From: a virus
Lineage: Duplodnaviria; Caudoviricetes
Reading direction: 5' to 3' (one strand)
Virus record (IMG/VR): IMGVR_UViG_3300028805_000061
Length of the DNA: 64,000 nt
Position numbers and translations under genes: made by a program. Under the pieces are notes generated by a model, which had not been told where the DNA came from, searched no databases, and worked only from the letters and a program-made list of their open reading frames with translations. Shown here piece by piece: positions 56,576 to 64,000 of the stretch. Every line of letters starts with the position of its first letter. Within the stretch, counting starts at the first letter, position 1.

Positions 56576-57699
56576 TGATAGATTATAAAGGTCAAATGAA
56601 GATGAGTTTTTCTATTGGACCTTTTGAGGATTTCATTGCAGAAGAACAAATGTCTCAACTAAAAATGGTAGAGGGTACTGGTAATATAATGCCAGCTATT
56701 GAAATAAAGTTTAAAACAAAAGAATCAGGTTTATTAGCTTACTTAAATGAAACTAATACTTTAAAAGTTCAATTAGGTGTAAAAGAAATTAAATATGATT
56801 TAGAATTTAAAATAAAAAATAAACATATTGATATGAAATCTAAAGGTGATTATGATATTACTCTTAGAGCTTTAATGAATAATCACAGTTATTCTCTAGT
56901 TCCACAAAGAAGAACTTTTGGTAATGCTACTTCAGATGGAAGAGATATTTCTGGTCTAGAAGTAATACTTTGTGTAGCTAATGAGAATTTCTCAAGAATA
57001 GAAACTAATATTACTAAGTCAGATGATTATATGTTAAGAATTCAACCTGGAATTTCTAATAAACAATTTGTTGATGAAGTTTGGGAAACCCTATATACTC
57101 CTGATACTTTTGTTGCTATGGGTATTACATCTTCTGGAAAATTTAAGTTAGCTGATATAAAAGCTTTATCTGCTACTAATCCTAAATGGAAGTTTACTTA
57201 TAAACCAAGTGAAGCAAAAGATATTACTCCTGAACAAAATATGATTGATGATAATTCTGGAGTAAACAATTATTTATTTGGCTATATTAGACAAAGGGAA
57301 TTTTATGATGAAGATAATGGAGAAAGCTTTGTTTCTACTACTGGTAATACTACTTATTTAAGTATGTCAGATCATTTCGGTAGAGATGATGTATGGATGC
57401 TTAATACTCAAATGGCAAGAAATGATAATATGTATAATGAGTATTGGGAAGCAAGAGATACTAATTTAAGTAATTTAGCTTTATTTAGTAGTATTAATAA
57501 TCAATTTTGCTTTAGTCCAGATTGGCATGATATAGAAATTCTCGATTTAGTATATATAGAAAGTATTGATCTTAATGAAAATCCAGAAGAAGCTTATTCT
57601 GGTTTAGCTATAGTTTCTGGAGTTTCAAGAATATATGCTAATAAGAAAATAACTACATACGTAAGTCTTAATAGAGAAGGGTTTAATCAGACAAAATGA
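56575..57699 (+). CDS. baseplate hub protein (gp27/gpD-like)
   Basis: Position before the spike; YSGLAIVSGVSRIY C-terminal motif. Confidence 0.65.
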   Translation: MIDYKGQMKMSFSIGPFEDFIAEEQMSQLKMVEGTGNIMPAIEIKFKTKESGLLAYLNETNTLKVQLGVKEIKYDLEFKIKNKHIDMKSKGDYDITLRALMNNHSYSLVPQRRTFGNATSDGRDISGLEVILCVANENFSRIETNITKSDDYMLRIQPGISNKQFVDEVWETLYTPDTFVAMGITSSGKFKLADIKALSATNPKWKFTYKPSEAKDITPEQNMIDDNSGVNNYLFGYIRQREFYDEDNGESFVSTTGNTTYLSMSDHFGRDDVWMLNTQMARNDNMYNEYWEARDTNLSNLALFSSINNQFCFSPDWHDIEILDLVYIESIDLNENPEEAYSGLAIVSGVSRIYANKKITTYVSLNREGFNQTK

Positions 57700-58562
57700 G
57701 TACTTCACTTTATAATCCTATGACAGTACTAGGTAAAACAGCGAAACCTTTTGAGCACCCTTATAAAGGTAAAGTTGTCCAAGTAGATAATGACCCCAAT
57801 TATATTGGAAGAATTAAAGTAGACATTCCAGAATTATATGGTGATTTTAAAGAGGGACAAGAAGGTATATTACCTTGGATTTATCCTAGATATTATAGTA
57901 ATTTTTCTGGGAGAGTAAAATTAGATATCCCAGAAAAAGGAGATACAGTAGAAGTAATATTTCCTTATAAAAATGTTTATCTAGGTTATTATACAAATGA
58001 GCCTTTGATAAAATCTTGTTGGGATGATATTGCTGCTATTGATGCTGAAGCAGCAGCTGAAATAAAATCAGCATTTTTAAATGATTATCCAAATGTGTAT
58101 GGTTCATTTGATAGAAATTTAACTGGTTGGTATATTGATAAAGCTACTAATGAGATAGTATTATTTCAAGGTAAAACAAAAGCTAAATTCAGACTAGATA
58201 ATGAAGGTAGTTTACATGGGTATATTCCAAAGAGCATGTATTTAGATATAGTAGAGAATGTAGAAATAAATGTAGGTCAAAATGTTAATCTTAATGTAGG
58301 TACAAAAATTACTACACATGTACCAGATGCACAAACTACTATTGATAATACTCTAACATTTAAAGCTACTACAGTTAATAGTACAATTACAACTACTAAT
58401 AATACTGGTACTGTTAATAATAATGGCAATGTAAATATTACAGGTACACTTAGAGCAACTATAGATGCTATTGCTAATGGAATTTCACTAGTTGGACATG
58501 TACACCCTTATACTTGGACAGATCCAGCTGGTTCTTCAAATACTTCACCTCCTAAGAAATAA
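57696..58562 (+). CDS. baseplate central spike (gp5/gpV-like)
   Basis: GKVV...NDP...GRIKV.IP OB fold, IPEKGD.V.V.F, beta-helix, GISLVGHVH apex. Confidence 0.88.
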   Translation: MSTSLYNPMTVLGKTAKPFEHPYKGKVVQVDNDPNYIGRIKVDIPELYGDFKEGQEGILPWIYPRYYSNFSGRVKLDIPEKGDTVEVIFPYKNVYLGYYTNEPLIKSCWDDIAAIDAEAAAEIKSAFLNDYPNVYGSFDRNLTGWYIDKATNEIVLFQGKTKAKFRLDNEGSLHGYIPKSMYLDIVENVEINVGQNVNLNVGTKITTHVPDAQTTIDNTLTFKATTVNSTITTTNNTGTVNNNGNVNITGTLRATIDAIANGISLVGHVHPYTWTDPAGSSNTSPPKK

Positions 58563-58584
58563 ATTATAATAAAGGAATTAAATA

Positions 58585-58950
58585 ATGTCTTTATATTCAG
58601 ATATAAATACAACTAAATCAACTAAAGTACCAAAGGTATTTGACATTGATGCAGTATGGCAAAGTTTTACTAATTTTATGAAAACTAGAAAAAGACAAAG
58701 ATTCTTTAGGCCTGAATTAGGGAACTCTTTAGCAAAAGATCTACTTTTTGAATTAGAATATGAAGATGCAGTATTTCTAGTAATATCGAGGTTAACACAA
58801 GAGTTGAACTATTGGGACCCTCGAATAGAAGTAGTAATAAATCAGTCTGATATAGATATAGATTATGATAATATGATAGTAAAAATAAATTTAGCTTTTA
58901 GAGTAAAAGGTTTTGAAAATAAAATAATTAGAAAGAGCTTAACACTTTAA
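58585..58950 (+). CDS. baseplate wedge gp25-like protein
   Basis: R.FRPELG....LLFE...WDPRIEV. Confidence 0.88.
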   Translation: MSLYSDINTTKSTKVPKVFDIDAVWQSFTNFMKTRKRQRFFRPELGNSLAKDLLFELEYEDAVFLVISRLTQELNYWDPRIEVVINQSDIDIDYDNMIVKINLAFRVKGFENKIIRKSLTL

Positions 58951-58981
58951 ACAGGTTATATTAATAATAAAGAGATATATT

Positions 58982-60994
58982 ATGGAACTTATAATTAAAA
59001 ATAAATCACAATCTTTTGAACAAATAGTAATTGACTTAAATACTTATTTAAGGAGTTTGCCAGACTGGGAAGCTTGGCAAGACTATTATAAAACTGGTTC
59101 TGGACAAACTATTATAGAATTAATAGCTGGTTTAGGTTCCCAGTTATTTTATTTTATAAATATTCTCAGACAAGAAACCTATTTACAAACGGCAGTAAAT
59201 AGAAGTTCAATAGTAGGTATCTCACAAATGCTGGGTTATTCAGTAGGTAGAGGAAATGCTGTAAAAGCTACTATTACTGTTACTCCAGATTCAACTGGAG
59301 TATATGAGAAATTCGATATTATTGGTCAATGTAAAGATAAAGATATTATTTTAGCTGAATCAGTATTAATTAATGAAGGGGTCCAAAAACAACTTTCTAT
59401 AATTATTGGAACACTTAAAAGAGATTATTGTAAAATCCCTTCTTCTGCATTACAACCTTTTAGAATGACAGCTGAAAATATTTCAGAAGACTACATTTTA
59501 TATAAAACAGCAAATACTTATACTAATGCAGAATTAGAAAATATTAAAGAAGATTTAGAATATGATAAAACTGGTTGGATTGAACTTCCTACAAGTTCTA
59601 AGATGATAGATATGATTAATGATAAATATGTAGTTCAAACTAATGTTTTATCTGCTGTAGATATATTTTACTTGAATGAAGGTTCTGGAACACATGCTTA
59701 TCCTTATAGGCAGGAGGAAACCTTATTTATTGATTATATAGAATTATCAGACACTGATTTTTCTTTATCTGATCTAAATTTCTTTTATGGGAATGTAAAT
59801 AGTGTTGATAGTGTGGCAAGTTATAATGCAGTAGAACCTATTAAATCTATAAAAGTAAATGCCCCTTTAGCAAATGAGACACAAGCTTTAATTAGAGCAA
59901 GGAATGATGCTGAAAAATTAGTTCAACAATATGGAAAAAATTATTTATCTACAGTTAATACAAGAGATATTAGTCCAGAAAAAATAGATGTAACATATAT
60001 TAAAAGTGATTATACTTTATTAAGTGAAATAGAATATAATGAACTTTATGATTATCTATTTAATGTAGTTAGACCTTTTGGGATTAATATGCCTTTTATT
60101 AGTCCTCCAGTAAGAGCTATATTAGAACTTGAAATAGAAGTAGAATTATTAAATACATTAGTATTAAGTCAGATTCAAGAAAATATAGCTTCTATGGTAG
60201 GGTCACTTGAAAGTAAGTTTATAGTTAATAATAAAGGGCAATTAACACAATTAGACCTTTCATTAGTAGAACAACAAATTGAAGACTTGTATGGTGTAAA
60301 AATTGCTAGAATTTATATAGCTAACTCAGTATATGAAGCTAATACTTATTATAGAATTGGACAATTTGTTAGATCTTCTATTGATAGTGATTTATTATTT
60401 AAACTTCAAGATATAGTATTTACTTCTGGATATACTGAACCTATTTGGCCTACTAAAGAAGGTGATATTATTATAGATGGAGATATTGAATGGATTTGTA
60501 AAAAACTTATAGAAGGTAGTGGTAATAAGTGGCAAGCTAATACTTCTTATGGTACTTCTAATATAGTATTACCTAGTATAGAAAATGGTTATATGTATGA
60601 ATTCCATTATTATGTAAGTAATTCTGGTAATGAAGAACCTCCAGTTCCACAAGAAGGTAAAATAGTTACTTATGATAATGAACTAATCTGGTTTCAAATT
60701 GACAAGAATGCTTCAGCTAAAGAATGGCAAGCTAATACTTCTTATAGAGTAGGTTCTATTATTGATATATCTTCTGATGAAGATCATAGTTATGAGATGA
60801 TAGGATTAAGAGCTAAAAGTTCTTTAACTGAAATAGATTGGCCTACTACAGTAGGAGAAACTATTCAAATAGGTAATATGATATGGAAAGCTTATAATGG
60901 TATAGATGCTAGAGGAAATTATCTAAATCCTTTATTAGATTATAAGTGGAATCAATATTTACATGTAGATTATTCTTTACAAATAAATGGGTAA
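58982..60994 (+). CDS. baseplate wedge protein (gp6/J-like) with three C-terminal CBM-like repeats
   Basis: SFEQI...L, G..IIELIA, ETYLQTA..RSSI...SQMLGY, E.I.SIK.NAP; three WxANTxY...EPxWP...DG...W repeats. Confidence 0.85.
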   Translation: MELIIKNKSQSFEQIVIDLNTYLRSLPDWEAWQDYYKTGSGQTIIELIAGLGSQLFYFINILRQETYLQTAVNRSSIVGISQMLGYSVGRGNAVKATITVTPDSTGVYEKFDIIGQCKDKDIILAESVLINEGVQKQLSIIIGTLKRDYCKIPSSALQPFRMTAENISEDYILYKTANTYTNAELENIKEDLEYDKTGWIELPTSSKMIDMINDKYVVQTNVLSAVDIFYLNEGSGTHAYPYRQEETLFIDYIELSDTDFSLSDLNFFYGNVNSVDSVASYNAVEPIKSIKVNAPLANETQALIRARNDAEKLVQQYGKNYLSTVNTRDISPEKIDVTYIKSDYTLLSEIEYNELYDYLFNVVRPFGINMPFISPPVRAILELEIEVELLNTLVLSQIQENIASMVGSLESKFIVNNKGQLTQLDLSLVEQQIEDLYGVKIARIYIANSVYEANTYYRIGQFVRSSIDSDLLFKLQDIVFTSGYTEPIWPTKEGDIIIDGDIEWICKKLIEGSGNKWQANTSYGTSNIVLPSIENGYMYEFHYYVSNSGNEEPPVPQEGKIVTYDNELIWFQIDKNASAKEWQANTSYRVGSIIDISSDEDHSYEMIGLRAKSSLTEIDWPTTVGETIQIGNMIWKAYNGIDARGNYLNPLLDYKWNQYLHVDYSLQING

Positions 60995-61000
60995 AAATAA

Positions 61001-61642
61001 ATGGATTTAAGTAAAACAAATTATATAAACTCAGCAAAATATTTACCACCAGAATTACAAAAGAATGAATATTATATTAAAGTATGTTCTTTAATAGATG
61101 CTTTACTTAGTGATAACAGTGCTTATTTTAAGTATGAAAGAATACAATTTCAAAATGCAATAAATAAATATAAAGATTATAGAAATCTTGATAACTCTTC
61201 AATTCACCAATTAGTAAAAGAATTTGGTTTTCAATATATTATTGATATTTTAGAATTACCAGAAAGTAGAATAAAAAATTTAATAGCATACTTATCATTG
61301 ATAAATATGCTAAAAGGAAGTAAGACTGGTTTAGAACTAGTTTTAAATCTTTTAGGATTTGATTATAAAATATTAGAATGGTGGGAAGATCCTATAGAGT
61401 TACCTTATAGAAATACTTATTCTTTAGAATTAATTTTTGTTGACATGGGTTTTGATTCACAATTTTTAGCAAATTTTCAAACTTTCTCAAGACAATATGT
61501 TTATCCTCTATTGACTAATATAGTTACTTATTTTAAGTTTAATTGGGCAGCTATTTATACTGGTTGTGCATTTGATATAAGACCTACTATAAAACTTTAT
61601 CCAGGAGAAAGTCCTATAATCCCAGAACCCTCCAGTGATTAA
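61001..61642 (+). CDS. baseplate wedge protein (gp7/P2 gpI-like)
   Basis: LKGSKTGLELVLNLLG...KILEWWE. Confidence 0.8.
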   Translation: MDLSKTNYINSAKYLPPELQKNEYYIKVCSLIDALLSDNSAYFKYERIQFQNAINKYKDYRNLDNSSIHQLVKEFGFQYIIDILELPESRIKNLIAYLSLINMLKGSKTGLELVLNLLGFDYKILEWWEDPIELPYRNTYSLELIFVDMGFDSQFLANFQTFSRQYVYPLLTNIVTYFKFNWAAIYTGCAFDIRPTIKLYPGESPIIPEPSSD

Positions 61643-61725
61643 TTTATAATTCTGTTAATATTATTCAAGGGAAGGTCTTTAAGATTAGATTAATTAAAAA
61701 TTGAATATAGTTAAAGGAAATTAAA

Positions 61726-64000
61726 ATGGCAGATCTAGCAACTGATCAAACTATAACATATAATGCAATACCTACTAATATAGGTTTAACTAAAATTCAG
61801 TTAGCAATGACTACTGGAGTAGACCTTATTCTAGATCAAATGGCTTTTGGAGATGGAGGGGGAGTTACCCCTGAACCTTCACCAGATCAAACTTCGTTAG
61901 TTAATCAGCTAGGATCAGTATCTATTTTAGGACATGAAGAAGATTTAGAAAATAATGTAACTTGGTATTCAGCTGTAATAGAAGCTGGTATAGCTAATGG
62001 TACTATAAGGGAGTTAGGGTTATTTGACAAAGATGGTAATTTATGTTTTGTAGGTAATATACCAGACATAGTTTTACCTTCCCCTTTAGACGGTGTAACA
62101 ATTAACATTCCCATTCAGTTAGGTATTAAAAACTATTATTCTAAATATATATCTATAAAAACTCATATAAAAATAACTGAACAAATAGAGGGTTCTGGGG
62201 GATATAGTCTATTTGATTTAGTTCAAAAAGATCATTTATTATCTTATGAAGAATCTGAAGGTTTTGCTTTACAGGGTACTTGGGTATATAAAGAAGGTTT
62301 AAGTGGTAGTTATTATGGTTACCCAGATTTTATTGAGAAATGTATTGAAGAAAAGAATTCTTCTGATACAGTTATAAAAAGAGTCTCTTTGGGAGATGAA
62401 ACTATTACTGGATATGTTCATCCAAATGGTCACATATTTTATGATATTGCTGATAAAGATAAAGTAGATACCTTTTTTAATCAATATGGTATTGCTTGGT
62501 TTTATGGGTTGGATGAAGAAAATAAAAAAGTTTTTCTCCCTAGAAATAACTATTTTTTCAAAAATGCTTTAATTAATCCAGGAGAATATAATACTGCTAC
62601 TTTGCCATCTTTAGCTCATACCCATCAAATAACAATGTCTTTAGGAGGTGCTCACGTTCACTCTGCAAGTGTTAGTATAGCTGGAGAACATTCTCATACT
62701 ATTACAATGGGTAATGCTGGTAATCATCAACACACTATAACCATAACTTCCGCGGGATCCCATAATCATACTTTAACTATTTATAAAGCTGGTTCACATT
62801 CTCATGATAGAGGCACTATGAACATTACAGCTAGTGGCTTTATGGGGGAACGTTCTGGTGGTAATTATACAAAATTTCATAATCAAGCTACTGGAGCTTT
62901 ATATTATTCTGGTAGTAAGTTATGGGGGTCTAGTGGGGGTATTGATAAGGATGATCTCACCGGTTATTTTGATGCTTCTCGCCCAGGTGCTTGGACAGGT
63001 AGAACTAGTGAAGAAGGTGATCACACTCACTCTTATGCTATGGGTACTGGAGGGGCTCATATTCACTCAGTAAGTGAAACTACATCAGGAGATCACATTC
63101 ATACAGCTACTAATAGTACTAATAGAGGACATATTCATGATATAACACTAAGAGAAGCTGGTTTACATGCTCATACCGGTACGGCAGATATAAAAGAAAT
63201 TGTCAATGAGGGTTTATTGGGAACTACAGTAACACCTCCTTCTACTAATATGCTATTATATATAGTAGTAGGAAATGTTAGAAGAAAATCTGCTATGGTC
63301 ATAAATCAACAAGTAGAAGAAGGTCTAGAACGCATAGAGGAAGCTACTCAAAATAGTATATCTAGAATAGATAATGTTGTTGAAGAAGCTATAGATGATA
63401 CTCTGGGAGGAGCTGTTGAAGAAGCTATTAATGACATAAATGATATAGCTCAAGGAGTAGAGCAACATATTACAGAAAAGGTGAATATAGCTAAAAGTTA
63501 TGCTGAAATTTCAGAAGAACAAGCTAGAATCTCAGAATATTGGGCTGGTATTGCTACAGATGGCCAAGTTCAGGCAGACTGGGATGAAACTAATCCATCA
63601 GCAAAAAGCTATATTAAAAATAAACCTGATTTAGACTTAAGCAATATTGTATATTTAAACAGAGATCAGATACTAACTAATAAAATAATAGATGGTAATA
63701 ATAATAGTATTACTAATTTAGCATTTAATACTTTTATACCAGGATTAATTGTAAACAGTATTACTAGTTCAGCTACTAATAATACTTTAGCTACTTCTAA
63801 AGCAATATGGGATGCTCTTAACAGTATTAATATTTTATTTACTAATCTAGATACTAATTTAGTATTAAATGCTATTTCAGCTAATAATGTATCACAAGAT
63901 ACATTAGCTACTTCTAAAGCAATATGGGATGCTATTACTAATGTTAGTATTCAATATAGTAATTTAGACCATGACTTAGTATTAACTGCTTTAACAGAAG
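61726..64000 (+). CDS. tail fibre protein, 3'-truncated by window edge (not in the ORF track)
   Basis: ATG 61726; DUF3751-type N-terminus TNIGLTKI..A...MAFGDGGG..P.P.PDQT.L...IRELGLFD.DG.L; 11 HxH motifs; VQADW......YIKNKP; no in-frame stop seen. Confidence 0.9.
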   Translation, partial: MADLATDQTITYNAIPTNIGLTKIQLAMTTGVDLILDQMAFGDGGGVTPEPSPDQTSLVNQLGSVSILGHEEDLENNVTWYSAVIEAGIANGTIRELGLFDKDGNLCFVGNIPDIVLPSPLDGVTINIPIQLGIKNYYSKYISIKTHIKITEQIEGSGGYSLFDLVQKDHLLSYEESEGFALQGTWVYKEGLSGSYYGYPDFIEKCIEEKNSSDTVIKRVSLGDETITGYVHPNGHIFYDIADKDKVDTFFNQYGIAWFYGLDEENKKVFLPRNNYFFKNALINPGEYNTATLPSLAHTHQITMSLGGAHVHSASVSIAGEHSHTITMGNAGNHQHTITITSAGSHNHTLTIYKAGSHSHDRGTMNITASGFMGERSGGNYTKFHNQATGALYYSGSKLWGSSGGIDKDDLTGYFDASRPGAWTGRTSEEGDHTHSYAMGTGGAHIHSVSETTSGDHIHTATNSTNRGHIHDITLREAGLHAHTGTADIKEIVNEGLLGTTVTPPSTNMLLYIVVGNVRRKSAMVINQQVEEGLERIEEATQNSISRIDNVVEEAIDDTLGGAVEEAINDINDIAQGVEQHITEKVNIAKSYAEISEEQARISEYWAGIATDGQVQADWDETNPSAKSYIKNKPDLDLSNIVYLNRDQILTNKIIDGNNNSITNLAFNTFIPGLIVNSITSSATNNTLATSKAIWDALNSINILFTNLDTNLVLNAISANNVSQDTLATSKAIWDAITNVSIQYSNLDHDLVLTALTE
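63787..63933 (+). repeat. 117-bp (39-aa) period repeat in the tail fibre
   Basis: TTAGCTACTTCTAAAGCAATATGGGATGCT at 63787 and 63904 (LATSKAIWDA). Confidence 0.85.

Noticed and set aside
971-62484. Short minus-strand ORFs in the track (e.g. 971, 2596, 4046, 7524, 12417, 13819, 16849, 19657, 34941, 37410, 37740, 43983, 52216, 52906, 61905, 62299)
   Set aside because: They are antisense or alternate-frame shadows of well-supported genes, with no RBS and F/L/I/S-rich composition.
36882-63073. Small ORFs 36882..37088, 39955..40137 and 62834..63073
   Set aside because: They lie wholly inside longer supported genes in another frame; the last is within the tail fibre ORF.
1-64000. Complete DGR (RT, Avd, template repeat), integrase or invertase
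   Set aside because: No YxDD RT motif, no second copy of the variable region and no recombinase motif was seen in this window; they could lie elsewhere.
1-64000. CRISPR array, tRNA or rRNA genes
   Set aside because: No regularly spaced repeat-spacer pattern or cloverleaf/T-loop signature was seen; intergenic spaces are short and explained by terminators and promoters.
1-64000. Stop-codon reassignment
   Set aside because: Code 11 gives full-length conserved genes and dense coverage, with TAA, TAG and TGA all used as stops.

Overview
This AT-rich (visually about 27-30% GC), densely coded 64-kb segment comes from a large contractile-tailed (myovirus) phage with a T4-like virion module. It is translated with code 11, and almost every gene lies on the + strand. 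The left part (1-23 kb) is accessory. It holds a Tad1-type anti-Thoeris sponge, DUF488, NrdG, an NAD+-dependent DNA ligase and a cluster of cationic Gly/Ala-zipper proteins built from repeated 'KNESL..LxE' linkers. The right part (26-64 kb) holds the portal, a protease-scaffold fusion, neck, tube, sheath, major capsid, chaperone, tape measure, baseplate and tail fibre genes, plus two free-standing endonucleases, an M15 peptidase and a WGR-PARP. Two features stand out. (1) The only two credible minus-strand genes lie 28 kb apart and have unrelated bodies: an RCC1-repeat protein and a C-type-lectin/DGR-target-like protein. They sit in the same cassette frame, with an identical 44-46-nt upstream element differing only in an A8 versus A10 tract, an identical 12-aa N-terminal tag (MGIKTKLEPLGG) preserved through synonymous changes, and a 31/32-identical 3' element plus terminator. 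The second cassette also keeps a fossil of the RCC1 gene it appears to have replaced. This suggests dispersed, swappable, possibly phase-variable receptor-binding tip cassettes. (2) An array of putative capsid-packaged polyproteins could be cut by the prohead protease into bacteriocin-like cationic membrane peptides. The ORF track labels 37688..38998 as +, but it reads on the - strand. The track also omits the open-ended tail fibre gene at 61726..>64000. All assignments come from motif reading by eye; no searches were run.
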